Origin: Octopus sinensis
Taxonomy: Eukaryota
Direction of reading: 5' to 3'
Length of the DNA: 46,555 nucleotides
Assembly: GCF_006345805.1 (NCBI RefSeq)
Contig: NW_021834542.1
Span: 1-46,555 of the forward strand
The notes below the pieces were generated by a model. That model saw only the letters and a program-made list of their open reading frames with translations, was not told where the DNA came from and ran no database searches. The first letter of the stretch is position 1. The number at the start of each line of letters is the position of its first letter. Shown piece after piece: positions 26,021 to 44,169 of this stretch. Made by a program: the position numbers and the translations under genes.

Positions 26021-26609
26021 TGTATGTATGTATATATATACATAAATATATATGTATACATATAATTAGGGGATATGTTAGCTTTTGGAAGGGATAGATG
26101 TATTCAAAGAAATACTGATTCAATACTTAGAATTTGGGGGGAATGAAATTCCCTTAAAACATTAGATCTATATTAAGCATATATATTATATATAGATCTT
26201 AGTAAGCACATGGTTTATATTCATTTAAAAGAAATAAAGAAATTAGAGATAAGGAATTTAATACATTTTGTTATCAAAATGGCCATCTTTGCTGCTTACA
26301 GCTATTTCAAGAAATTATTACAAATTTATACATTAAATTTACATTTATGTGACATGAGTATAATTTCATCACAGTGAAAACATGTTCTTTTGGATGTGAT
26401 GAGGATCGATCTTCTTTACTTTTCTTCTTTTCATTGGATATAAACTATATACATACAAACACACACATATATATATATATGTATATAAATATATATATAT
26501 ATGCATGTATATAAGTGTATATATATCACGTGACCGACCAGTCCGTGAGATGTAGTTACACATTGCTGTTCACAATGCGTTCACATTATTTTAGCCTTTG
26601 AATGACGAA

Positions 26610-30660
<4,051 letters not shown>

Positions 30661-30670
30661 TATATATATA

Positions 30671-32536
30671 CTAGCAGAATTGCCCGCCGTTGCTCGGGGC
30701 TGAATTGCTTGAAAGTACTGTTAATGATTGCACTGAATTATGATGATCATTCAGGCAAATATTGATATAAGTTTACGGTGGGAGATAAGGACTTAACGAT
30801 CAAACGTCTGCCATTGCATTGTTTTGGGGGAACCAAATTTCTGATGAGCATTATAGGGGCACCAACTTTAAGTTTAAGAAAGTGTGGTGGTAGTCCGGGG
30901 TGCTCAAAGGAATTGAGTACCTCTATTGGATAGTTGATGACGTCCTCTGGGTCAGGAGTTGTATCGATAGACTGATATACATAGACTTCCCCAGGAATGA
31001 GTTTTAGCATTTCATCATTAATATGGTGAACAGTTTTATTCCTCGGGGCCAGTATAGCCTTTTTGCCAATCCAATCCATATTCTGATAATTAGCTTGTAG
31101 ATCTGGGAACACTGCATCTCTGAGATCAGAAGGCGTCTTAACAATGGTACAAATGGAATCGATGGCAATATTACCATTTTCATCCCCTGTTATTTTGCCT
31201 TTGCCAAGTGCAAGGAGGGTGTGAGGAAATGCTGCTGATGTGATATTACGTCGCATATGAGCACGCATATTAGTGTGAAGTTTGAGAGTTACTTCCCTTT
31301 ATTAAAAAAAATATGCATTAAAATGGAAAGAAATGATGGTAAATTATTTGTAAAATCATAGACTCATCGTAGACGCGCACTAATACCCAGAAAGGCTCGA
31401 TATGAATCTCGACTATAAGATACCCGGTTTTTGTTAAACTGCATCGCAAAATGTGGGAGTAGTTAGGAATCTAAATCGGAGTAGACAGACACACAACCTT
31501 TCTTTTATATATGAATATTTTCGTCCTAAAAAACTTTGTATGGATTGAATGGTTACTTCTATGGAAATATATACACGCACATTATACATACATGTGTGTA
31601 TAGATGAATATATAAATACATTTAAATATCTATATACACTTTTGGGCGATCTTTCTGTTTCTTAGAGATAACTTTAGATCTTATTTTCGTCCTAAAAAAC
31701 ATTGTATGGAGTGAATGGTTACCTCTATGGAAATATATACACACACGTTATACATACATGTGTGCATAGATGAATATATACATACATTTATATATCTATA
31801 TACACTTTTGGGCGATCTTTGTGCTACTTAGAGATAACTTTAGATCTTATATTCGTCCTAAAAAACTTTCCTGTCACACATTCACGCACACGCACACACA
31901 CACACACACGCACCCTCACACACACACACACGCTCACACACACTCACACACACACACACACACACACACAACACACACACACAAATACATTTAAATATCT
32001 ATATACACATTTGGGCGATATTTCTGCTACTCGGATATACGTTAGGTCTTATATTCGTCCTAAAAACTTTCCTGTCACACACTCACGCACACGCACACAC
32101 ACACACGCACCCTCACACACACACACACACGCACACACACACACACACACACTCACGCAAACACACACACACACACACGTTAGCTTACAATTTTATTCAT
32201 ATATCTGCGTGTCTATGTGTGTAAAGAGGAAGTGGGAGGCAGAGTGAAAGAGTCAGTCACTACAAAAAGTCAATTACTTTCACTTTATTCGTTGCACACT
32301 GTGCGTGTGCGTGTTCTGTAGCCCACACTAAGAAAAGCATTTGACTCATACACCACAATGTGAGTTTTCTCTAAATTTTGCTTAATTGGGGTTGAAATTT
32401 TAAAAAGTGGACCTGGCAAGACCCGATGCATTCTACTCTTAAAAATGCTAGGTAAATTGTAATTGAAGAAATCCTATATTGTAGATTTGTATAAGAGACA
32501 AAGGGAGGCAGATAAAATCTGCCTTTTATAATAAGA
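30671..32536 (-). mobile_element. Composite Helitron carrying a helicase fragment
   Basis: 3' CTAG (30674-30671) preceded by the hairpin cccgagcaacggcggg and followed by T. 5' TC at 32536 and an internal second 5'-end-like sequence at ~31290-31513. Confidence 0.85.
30747..31268 (-). pseudogene. Helitron RepHel PIF1-like helicase fragment
   Basis: KAILAPRN, GLPPHFLKLKVGAPIMLIRNL and CNG.RL motifs of PIF1/Helitron helicases. Truncated at both ends. Confidence 0.9.
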
Positions 32537-32929
32537 CTAGCAGTATCGCCCGGCGTTGCTCGGGTTTGTAAGGGAAATAATTATATAAGCATTTTTAGAG
32601 ATGTAAAGTATTATAGCCATCTCAATATGGCTAACCACAAAGGGGGAGGGGTGTTACTGTAGCTTTTTACGTTCTGAGATTTAATAATAAATTTTAGAGA
32701 GTTACTTACCTTATATAAGTCAAAAATGGATTAAAATGGGAAAAATTGATGGTAAATTTTTTTTAAATCGTAGACTCATCGTAGACGCGCGCTAATACCC
32801 AGACGGTCTCGATATGAATCACGACTATAAGATACCCGGTTTTGGTTAAACTGCACCGCAAAATGTGGGAGTAGTTAGGAATCTAAATCGTAGGAGACAG
32901 ACACACAACCTCACTTTTATATATAAAGA
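32537..32929 (-). mobile_element. Complete non-autonomous Helitron (393 bp)
   Basis: A|TCTTTATATATAAAAG 5' end at 32929, hairpin cccgagcaacgccggg, CTAG|T 3' end at 32537. Confidence 0.9.
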
Positions 32930-33093
32930 TTTCCTCTATTTACATAATATTGAGGTCTCTTTCTTTCTTTTGTTATCTTACTGTTTTTACCAATATACAT
33001 ATATATTATATAATATATATATATATATAGTTACAGAGATGTACTTGCATAGCAAGTAACTTGATCTGAGATCGTGTGCTGGAACGAAAACAG

Positions 33094-33352
33094 TTGCAGC
33101 GTTGAAGGTGTTTATAAGCCATTTAAGAAACACACAAAAACCGTTAGATTCACTTCAACATTTAAATTTAATTTGTCAAAATATTTTCATCGCTTTGAGA
33201 CCGCGACCTGTTAGCACGATATTTTTGTCAGTGAACAGGTCGCGGTCTCAAAGCGACGAAAATATTTTGGCAAATTAAATTTAAATGTTGAAGTGAATGT
33301 AACGGTTTTTGTGTGTTTCTTAAATGGCTTACAAACACCTTCCACGTTGCAA
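33094..33352. repeat. Long inverted repeat (119-bp arms, 21-bp spacer), Penelope-like terminus
   Basis: 33094-33212 is the near-perfect reverse complement of 33234-33352. Confidence 0.9.
33224..33274 (+). ncRNA. Variant minimal type I hammerhead ribozyme (G3-C8 core)
   Basis: UUUGUCA-GUGAACA-G-GUCGC(9-nt loop)GCGAC-GAA-AAUAUU-U-UGGCAAA. 7-bp stem I, 5-bp stem II, palindromic stem III. Confidence 0.6.
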
Positions 33353-33424
33353 TATATATATACACACATATATATATATGTATGTATGTATGTATGTGTG
33401 TATATGTGTATGCATGTATGTGTG

Positions 33425-33650
33425 TGTGTGTGCGTGTCTGTGCTTGTGATTGTCCTCCACCACTGCTTGACAACGAATGTTGGTTTGTTTACATCCCTGT
33501 CACCTAGTGGTTTGACAAAGGAAACAGATAGAATAAGTACAATGCTTACAAAAATAAAACGAGTTGATTCATTAAACTACAATTCTTCAAGGCATTGCCC
33601 CAGCATGGCCACAGACCAATGGCTGGAAAAAGCAGAAGAATAAAAGAATA
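33425..33650 (+). mobile_element. Degenerate SINE 3' half
   Basis: 'gatagaataagtac...ccccagcatggccacag...gaataaaagaata' tail, recognised as a common cephalopod SINE end (from memory). Confidence 0.55.
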
Positions 33651-33715
33651 CATTCTCTGCTTTGGTCTTATGTTCAAGGCATGAGAAAGCTTGAGTTTAC
33701 ATGAGAAGGCCTAAC

Positions 33716-34195
33716 AGACCTGGTAGAAACAGCAGCCAAATCTCCCTCAAATCACACCTTACTGTCTTATGTATGTATATATATATGAGCCAATGAGTGG
33801 GACCTCTACATGGTAGCTAGACCTGGTAGAAATAGCAGCCAAATTTCCCCCAAATTACACCTTACTGTCTTATCTATGTATATATGTATGTATGAGCCTA
33901 TGAGGGAGACCCCTACATGGCAGCTAGACCTGGTAGAAATAGCAGCCAAATTTCCCCCAAATCACACCTTACTGTCTTATCTATGTATATATGTAGGTAT
34001 GAGCCTATGAGGGAGACCCCTACATGGCAGCTAGACCTGGTAGAAATAGCAGCCAAATTTCCCCCAAATCACACCTTACTGTCTTATCTATGTATATATG
34101 TATGTATGAGCCTATGAGGGAGACCCCTACATGGCAGCTAGACATGGTAGAAATAGCAGCCAAATCTCCCTCAAATCACACCTTACTGTCTTATC
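33716..34195. repeat. 107-bp minisatellite, ~4.5 copies
   Basis: Period 107 (33810, 33917, 34024, 34131). Unit 'ggcagctagacctggtagaaatagcagccaaat...agacccctacat'. Confidence 0.92.
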
Positions 34196-34209
34196 TTTCT
34201 GCTACTTGG

Positions 34210-36269
34210 AGATAGGTGTTATACTCGTAGTAAAAAACTTTCCTGTCACACACTCACGCACACGCACACACACACACGCACGCACCCTCACACACACCAC
34301 ACACACACGCGCACACCCACACACACCCACTCACACACACGCACGTTAGCTTACAATTTTATTTATATATTTGCGTGTCTGTGTGGAAAGAGGAAGTGGG
34401 AGGGAGAGTGAAAGAATCACTCACTACAGTAAGTCAATTACTTTCATTTTATTCGTTGCCCACTGTGTGTGTGCGTTTGCGTGTGCTGTAAACCAGACTA
34501 AGAAAAGCATTTGACACACACACCAGAATGTGAGTTTTCTGTAAATTTTGCTTAATTGGAGTTTAAATTTTAAAAACTGGACCTGGCATGACGCGATGCA
34601 TTGTACTGTTAAAAATGCAAGGTAAATTGTAATTGAAGAAATCCTATATTGTAGATTTGTATAACTCCCAAAGGGAGGCAGATAAAATCTGCCTTTTATA
34701 ATAAGACTAGCAGTATCGCCCGGCGTTGCTCGGGTTTGTAAGGGAAATAACTATATAAGCATTTTTAGAGAGTTATAGCCAAAAATTAGCAAAAAAATGC
34801 ATTAAAAATTGAAAAAAAATTAAGGTAAATTTTTTTTTAAATCGTTGACACATCGTAGATATTTTTAGAGAGTTAATTCCCTTATATAAAAGCGAAGAAA
34901 ATGCATTAAAATGGAAAAATATGATGGTAAATTTTTTTTAAATCGTAGACTCATCGTAGACGCACGCTAATACCCAGAAGGGCTCGATATGAATCACGAC
35001 TATAAGATACCCGCTTTTGGTTAAACTGCACCGCAAAATGTGGGAGTAGTTAGGAATCTAAATCGTAGGAGACAGACACACAACTTCACACTTATATAAA
35101 GACGCTTTTTTTTTTCAGTCATAGAGTTAGATTTATGAAGGTGTTCAGTAGAAAATCCTTCGAATTCTGACTCGCTGCTTGATATAATGAAATTCGTATC
35201 CATTTTTTGTCAGAATTACAATTTTGAAAACACAATAGGAACAAATTCGGGAAAAATCTCCCATAATTCACGGATTTAAAATTACACTTCGATTTTTGTA
35301 CAAAACTGTAGTTGAAGTGTTTACGAAGTATAATACGTGTTTTCACGAATGTACTAAAGAGATTTGCTCTGATATTTCATTTAAATATGAATAGGTAAAT
35401 TCGGGCGGCTTGGTAACTATATATAAGTGTCGTCTTGTATACATAAACTCTGTTTCATACTGCAATTATATATACATATATCTATATATAATATTATATA
35501 ATAAAATATATACAGAGTAAATAAAAACAATTTACCTTTTCTGTCCGTCCGTGTGTCTTTGCAAATGTGGCAAATGTGTTGGAATGATAAGTGAGTTGAG
35601 TTTTGGCGCCTTTTTTAGTAATAACAAACACACACGTGTTTGTATGTAGTTGTATGTGTATGTAGTTGTATGTAGTTGTATATCTATGTGTATGCGTGTG
35701 TGTGAGGAATGACACACACACACTCACGCACGCACACATGTACATCAATGCTTTCGTAGTGATATGTTAAAATATTGAGTTTTCTCGAATTTTGTCTTAA
35801 TTGGTGGTAAAATTGAAAGAAATTTTTTATGGCATCACCCACTGAAGTACTCTGAAAAATCTTAGGTAAATTCTAATTGAAGAAATTGTGTGAGGAATAA
35901 ATGATTATGTATTTATTTGTTTCTGTTTGCTGTGTTTTTTTATTTTTTGAGTAGTGGTTTAAATACTTTCAGTTTAGACTTCCTCAAATCACTCTGTCGC
36001 TATTTACTTTCATTTTATTTGTTGCCCACTGTGTGTGTGCGTTTGCGTGTGGTGTAAACCAGACTAAGAAAAGCATTTGACACACACACCAGAATGTGAG
36101 TTTTCTGTAAATTTTGCTTAGTTGGAGTTTAAATTTAAAAAACTGGACCTGGCATGACGCGATGCATTGTACTGTTAAAAATGCTAGGTAAATTGTAATT
36201 GAAGAAATCCTATATTGTAGATTTGTATAACTGCCAAAGGGAGGCAGATAAAATCTGCCTTTTATAATA

Positions 36270-36307
<38 letters not shown>

Positions 36308-36390
36308 GTAGACAGACACACAACCTATATATATATATAAATATTTCGTCCTAAAAAACTTTGTATGGATTGAATGGTTACCTCTATATA
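34210..36390 (-). mobile_element. Further Helitron copies: 5' end at 34706, small element 34707-35102, long 5' portion ending at 36272
   Basis: 34210-35102 parallels 32050-32929, including the CTAG|TC junction. The same TCTTATTATAAAAGGCAGATTTTATCTGCC 5' end occurs at 36272. Confidence 0.8.
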
Positions 36391-36400
36391 TATGTATATG

Positions 36401-36462
<62 letters not shown>

Positions 36463-36535
36463 TAATATATAAAATCTATATATAATAAGATTATATATAT
36501 ATATATAAAATAGTATATATATATATATAAAATAT

Positions 36536-36568
<33 letters not shown>

Positions 36569-36678
36569 TATATATATATATATATATATAATATATATAT
36601 ATATAATATATATGTATATATATTATATATATATGTGTATATATATACATATATATATATATGTATATATATATATAC

Positions 36679-36709
<31 letters not shown>

Positions 36710-36826
36710 ATATATATATATATATACATACATACATTAGTAATATTATATATATACATATATATATTTGTATATGTGTATATATATAGTGTATATATAT
36801 ATATATATATATATATTACATATATA

Positions 36827-36888
<62 letters not shown>

Positions 36889-38009
36889 CTGCCATAATCC
36901 TTGCTTTAATTTCATCTTTAGTGTCACAAGGAATTCCGTAAGGGGAACTAGATGATTGATGAGGAAACACTCCACACCCTTGGACCAGTGGATCTTGTTT
37001 CAAATCTCAGGCACGTTCAAGCTAGACTCCACCCCTATATAATATATTATATATATATATATATATTATATATATATATATATATATTATAATATATATA
37101 TATATATATATTATATGTATATACATGACAAGAAATAATTTCTATCTCCTTTTTATGGAAACAAAGGGATTATAGGACTACAAAAAAGAAGTGCTCAAAT
37201 GTAATTGAGACAGAGATAAAGGAACATCGATCATAAAACAAACATCAAATTCGAGTGAATGACTTTATATATAAAACATTTGATCATATATAAATATTAC
37301 CATGGCTCTTAAACATATAAATTAGACATATAAAAAAACTTTGAAGGTAAAAAATATATATGCGAAAAGAAGCCAGGTATATACAACGGTCTATCAAGAA
37401 GGTATATACAATTGGCTAAAAATTCTATAGTGTGTCATGCCACTAAAAATCCAAATCACATAAAAGAAAATATCAATCAACTAAAAAAAATTTTTTGTTA
37501 CTCCTCTCAAACGAAAGAGTACATAAAAAAAAGTTCAGGTCATAAAAACCATGGTAGGTTAGAGTCCAGGATCAAAAAGAGTTCCACAAAATCAAGTCAA
37601 ACACACCTATGGACATTTTAGGAGTTCATTGCTGCGATTCAATTACGAGTTAAGGCACATCTCGACAATGACCCCCACATCAGTATGAACAGGAAACTCA
37701 AAAAATTATTTGTTCAGCTGGAAAACTTTGAGAATGGTTACATGACTTTCTGAAAGACAGAAGTCAGAAGCCAGTGGTACCACCTCAACGGAACCACAAA
37801 TAGTGAATGGTGTCCCACAGGGCACTGTCTTAGGGCCACTGATTTTAATAGTGGCCCTCTCAGATATGCTCTCCGCTGCCCTGATACCCTTGCTAGCTAC
37901 GGAGACATGTAAACCTTGCAGAAAATACAGAACCCCAGCAATATTGAATGCCTGCAGCTGTAGCTGGATGCAATTTACAGATGGTCTTTAGGGCAATAAT
38001 ATGCATGTA

Positions 38010-38088
<79 letters not shown>

Positions 38089-38156
38089 CATATAAATATA
38101 TATATATAGATATATATATATATAATATATATGTATGTATATATGCATATATATGA

Positions 38157-38550
38157 GGGTAATAATTGTAGTAAGCAGGAAGTAAGTGTTCTCAGCCGAT
38201 AAGGCTATTCATTGTGTTTTTCGTGGAATTATATTTATCTATACATTCTATCTTCCTTTTATTAAGTAGTAAAAGATAAAATATTATATATATATATGAC
38301 AAGATTTAAGATGAGAAAATGTTTTCTTTACCTTGAATCAGAAGTTTTCAGTTGGATAAGTTTGAGTTTTAAGGTTCTCAGCTGAGTAAGTTTGTTGGGA
38401 GATTTAAATTTGGGGATATGAATCTTCAAGTTCTCTCGTTGGTATGAATAAAATGATTTTAGATTCATAGGTTTATATAATTGTAGTAAGCAGGAAGTAA
38501 GTCGTCTCAGCCAATAAGGCTATTCATTGTGTTTTTCGTGGAATTTTATT

Positions 38551-38552
<2 letters not shown>
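38157..38552. repeat. Small insert with ~70-bp direct terminal repeats (possible Penelope-like remnant)
   Basis: 'taattgtagtaagcaggaagtaag...ggctattcattgtgtttttcgtggaatt' at ~38163 and ~38478. Confidence 0.5.
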
Positions 38553-38584
<32 letters not shown>

Positions 38585-38977
38585 TGTATGTATGTATGTA
38601 GTATGTATATATATATATATGTATGTATGTATATATATATAATATATGTATGTATGTATGTATGTAATGTATGTATGTATGTATGTATATATATATATAT
38701 AAATATATATGTATACATATAATTAGCGGATATGTTAGCCTTTGGAAGGGATAGATGTATTGAAGGAAATACTGATTCTACCACCGCGAGTCTGCTGCCC
38801 TAACCACTGGGCCGAATATACATTTACATATATATAAGTGTATGTATATATATATGTATATAATACACACACATATAATACATCTATTATACATATATTA
38901 TATGTATATACATATATACAATATAGATACATAACATGCAAACACACACACACACACACATACACACACACACAACA

Positions 38978-39018
<41 letters not shown>

Positions 39019-39355
39019 AATCGATGAATGAATTATTCTTTGTCTACGTTAACATGGAAAATTCAATAAACGGTTTCCAGGGTAGCAACATTCACGCAAG
39101 TAACAAGGATGTAGCGACCTATTCAAAGGTAGAAACTCCGGGTTAATGTGCAGTAATTTGTGTAGTATAAGTAAATAAATGGAGTTGAATGCAGATGTTA
39201 TTCGAATTTTTTTATATTCGACATATGTTTCAAAGACAACTTTGGTTTTATTCCAAAGGAATAAACGGTGTAAAATAATGCAATCTTATCAGGAAAGAAA
39301 GAGAACCTATACATACATAAATTTAATGTATTTAACATACATACATATATATATG

Positions 39356-39449
<94 letters not shown>

Positions 39450-39469
39450 GTACGTTTGTATGTATGTAT

Positions 39470-39500
<31 letters not shown>

Positions 39501-40219
39501 CATATAATTAGGGGATATGTTAGCCTTTGGAAGGGATAGATATATTGAAGGAAATACTGATTCTACCATATAAGTGTATGTATATATATATGTATATATA
39601 TATATAGATATATATATGTATATATTTAGATATATATATATAATACACACACATATAATACATCTATTATACATATATGTATATACATATATACAATATT
39701 GGCCTGCTCGCTTATCCGGCGGGGTGGCGTCATTCGAAGGCTAAAACAATGCGAACGCATTGTGATCAGCGATGTGTAACTACATCTGATGGACTGGTGG
39801 GTCACGTGATGGTGATGGTGATATACAATATAGATACATAACATACAAACACACACACACATACACACACATCCACACACACACACATATATATATAAAT
39901 CGATGAATGAATTATTCTTTGTCTACGTTAACATGGAAAATTCAATAAACGGTTTCCAGGGTAGCAACATTCACGGAAGTAACAAGGATGTAGCGACCTA
40001 TTCAAAGGTAGAAACTCCGGGTTAATGTGCAGTAATTTGTGTAGTATAAGTAAATAAATGGAGTTGAATGCAGATATTATTCGAATACGTTTATATTCGA
40101 CATATGTTTCAAAGACAACATTGGTTTTATTCCAAAGGAATAAACGGTGTAAAATAATGCAATCTTCTCATCAGGAAAGAAAGAGAACCTATACATACAG
40201 TTAATGTATTTAACATACA

Positions 40220-40266
<47 letters not shown>

Positions 40267-40307
40267 TGTAACATCATATATATGTATATATATATCTATA
40301 TATATTA

Positions 40308-40380
<73 letters not shown>

Positions 40381-41632
40381 ATATATGTATACATATACTT
40401 AGGGATATGTTAGCCTTGGAAGTGATAGATGTATTGAGGGAAATACTGATTCTACCATATATGTGTATGTATATATATATGTATATGTATATATATGTGA
40501 ATATATGTGTGTGTATATATATATATATATACATGTATGTATTTGTATGTAGGTGTTTGTGTATGTGTGTGTATTTATATTTATTGTTGCATATATATAG
40601 ACTAGCCTTCTAAGAGTGTAGACATGAATCTGTAGGTACGCGTACGTATGTGTATATACGTGAATGTATGTAGATGTATGTATGTATGAATATAACGCGT
40701 GCGTGCGGTGTATGTGTATGAGTGTACGAATGAGTGAGTGCGTGCTAAAGAGTGTGCGTGAGTGAATGAGTGCTTGTTTTCAAGTAGACAGACAAATGGA
40801 CTGGCTGTCATAGCCAAGATTTGTGACCAGTCGTCAAAGATACACAAAGTAATAACTGAAGATAATAAAATTAAATTAGGGAATGGGTCTGTATTTGTAT
40901 GTGTATATATATATGTGTATGTGTAGGTATGCATAGGTACACATATGTATATATATATATATATATATATGATATATATATTATATATATATATATATAA
41001 TATATATATCTATATATAATATATATATGTATGTGTATGTATGTGTGTGTATTATATATATATGTGTGTTTTTGTGTATATATGTGTATATCGGACTAGT
41101 GTGCTGTTGTGTGCATGTGTGTGTGTGGATATGTGTGTGTATGCGTGAATGTGTGTATGGTGTGTGTATGTGTATATATATTTTCTGTGGTATATGTATG
41201 TGTGGTCGTGGTGTGTATATATACATGCGTGTATACGTGTATGCATGTGAGTGTGTGTATGTATACATATAATATGTGAATGTGTAGATATGTATAGGTA
41301 TGTGTAAGTGTATATCTATTATATATATGTGGTGGTGTGTATGTTGTGTATGTATATGTATATATGTTTGTATGTGTGTGTATATATGTATACATATGTG
41401 CATAGGTATAAGTGAGAATCTCCTTATTTACCTAAAACCCTATTACATTTTTTAATATATATTTTTTATCTTTTTATTTATTCTTCTATCTAATTTAATC
41501 TAATTTAACACTGATTCCTTCACCACTCCCCCAAGTATGATATTTTGCGCTATGCCTACCCCCTAAAAGTCCCCCACCATCACCCCTTTAAACCTGCCTA
41601 AATGTATAATGCCATACAAATTCTTGTTAACT

Positions 41633-41681
41633 AGCTTCCTGAAGATTCTCTTGAATGAAACAGTTCTAGTCCTGTAGAGCT
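41633..41681 (+). ncRNA. Type I hammerhead ribozyme, unrelated to the array motif
   Basis: AGCUUC-CUGAAGA-UUC(UCUU)GAA-U-GAAA-CAG(8 nt)CUG-UA-GAGCU. GUA cleavage triplet; short, imperfect stems I and II. Confidence 0.6.
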
Positions 41682-41765
41682 CCTTCTATATAATAATTAT
41701 TTTTACTCAGCTATGTATTGAGTACCTTATTTACTGTGGTTACACCGAATCAACCCGGGACCTAC

Positions 41766-41803
<38 letters not shown>

Positions 41804-41809
41804 TATATA

Positions 41810-41858
<49 letters not shown>

Positions 41859-42006
41859 ATATGTATGTATTTTTGGATGTATGTATGTATGTATATATAT
41901 ATAATAAATATATGTATACTATAATTAGGGGATATGTTAGCCTTTGGAAGGGATAGATGCATGAAGGAAATACTAATCTATACTAAATAAGTGTATGTAT
42001 ATATGG

Positions 42007-42076
<70 letters not shown>

Positions 42077-42778
42077 TAATATATATATATATATATTTAT
42101 ATCTTATATATATATATATATAATACACACACATATAACACATCTATTATACATATATGTATATACATATATACAATATTGGCCTGCTCACTTAGCCGGC
42201 GGGGTGGCGTCATTCGAAGGCTAAAACAATGCGAACGCATTGTGACCAGCGATGTGTAACTACATCTGATGGACTGGTCGGTCACGTGATGGTGATGGTG
42301 ATATACAATATAGATACATAACATACAAACACACACACACATACACACATCCACACACACACACATATATATATAAATCGATGAATGAATTATTCTTTGT
42401 CTACGTTAACATGGAAAATTCAATATACTGTTACCAGGGTAGCAACATTCACGCAAGTAACAAGGATGTAGCGACCTATTCAAAGGTAGAAACTCCGGGT
42501 TAATGTGCAGTAATTTGTGTAGTATAAGTAAATAAATGGAGTTGAATGCAGATATTATTCGAATACTTTTATATTCGACATATGTTTCAAAGACAACATT
42601 GGTTTTATTCCAAAGGAATAAACGCAGTAAAATAATGCAATCTTCTCATCAGGAAAGAAAGAGAACCTATACATACAGTTAATGTATTTAACATACATAC
42701 TATATATAGATATATATAAATTATATATGTATATATAATATATATATATATATATCTATATATATATATATATATATC

Positions 42779-42810
<32 letters not shown>

Positions 42811-42925
42811 ATATATATTATATATATAAAACATATATGTATACATATAATTAGGGGATATGTTAGCATTTGGAAGTGATAGATGTATGAGGGAAATACT
42901 GATTCTACCATATATGTGTATGTAT

Positions 42926-43028
<103 letters not shown>

Positions 43029-43677
43029 ATACACACACATATAATACATCTATTATACATATATGTATATACATATATACAATATTGGCCTGCTCGCTTA
43101 GCCGACGGGGTGGCGTCATTCGAAGGCTAAAACAATGCGAACGCATTGTGACCAGCGATGTGTAACTACATCTGATGGACTGGTCGATCACGTGATAGTG
43201 ATGGTGATATACAATATAGATACATAACATACAAACACACACACACATACACACACACACACACACCACACACACACACACACATATATATATAAATTGA
43301 TTATTGAATTATTCTTTGTTTACCGTTAACATGGAAAATTCAATAAACGGTTACCAGGGTAGCAACATTGTCGCAAGTAACAAGGATGTAGCGACCTATT
43401 CAAAGGTAGAGACTCCGGGTTAATGTGCAGTAATTTGTGTAGTATAAGTAAATAAATGGAGTTGAATGCAGATGTTATTCGAATTCTTTTATATTCGACA
43501 TATGTTTCAAAGACAACATTGGTTTTATTCCAAAGAAATAAACGGTGTAAAATAATGCAATCTTCTCATCAGGAAAGAAAGAGAATCTATACATACATAC
43601 ATTTAATTTATTTAACATACATACATATATATATATGTGTATATTATATATATATATATATATTATATATATATATC

Positions 43678-43711
<34 letters not shown>

Positions 43712-43745
43712 AATATATATATATATATATAAATATATCTATATA

Positions 43746-43900
43746 TGATTGGCGTTAGGAAGGGCATCCAGCTGTAGAAACACTGCCAGATCTGACTTGA
43801 CTGGTGCAGCTTTCGGGCTCCCCAGACCCCAGTTGAACCGTCCAACCCATGCTAGCATGGAAAGCGGACGTTAAATGATGATGATGATGATGATGATGAT
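43746..43900 (+). mobile_element. Very short RTE 3' end inserted in a (TA)n tract of one array unit
   Basis: Matches 24828-24976 and has an (ATG)n tail. Confidence 0.85.
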
Positions 43901-44073
43901 GTATGTATCTATATATGTATGTATGTATATATATATATAAATAAATATATATGTATACATATAATTAGGGTATATGTTAGCCTTTGGAAGGGATAGATGT
44001 ATTGAACGAAATACTGATTCTACCATATAAGTGTATGTGTATATATATGTATATGTATATATATATACATATG

Positions 44074-44104
<31 letters not shown>

Positions 44105-44127
44105 GTATGTATATGTATATATATATA

Positions 44128-44169
<42 letters not shown>

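Noticed and set aside
26292-26375. Hammerhead-like motif on the minus strand (GUGAUGA...GAAA-UAGCUG-UA)
   Set aside because: G3 with G8 cannot pair and stem I has only ~2 bp. Probably a dead relic, so not called.
30747-31268. Cellular PIF1 helicase gene
   Set aside because: Intronless truncated fragment bounded by Helitron termini.
38330-38460. Candidate upstream exon of the ankyrin gene (AAG|GTAAAG donor-like site)
   Set aside because: Lies inside a repeat-bounded insert, with no acceptor, promoter or coding support visible.
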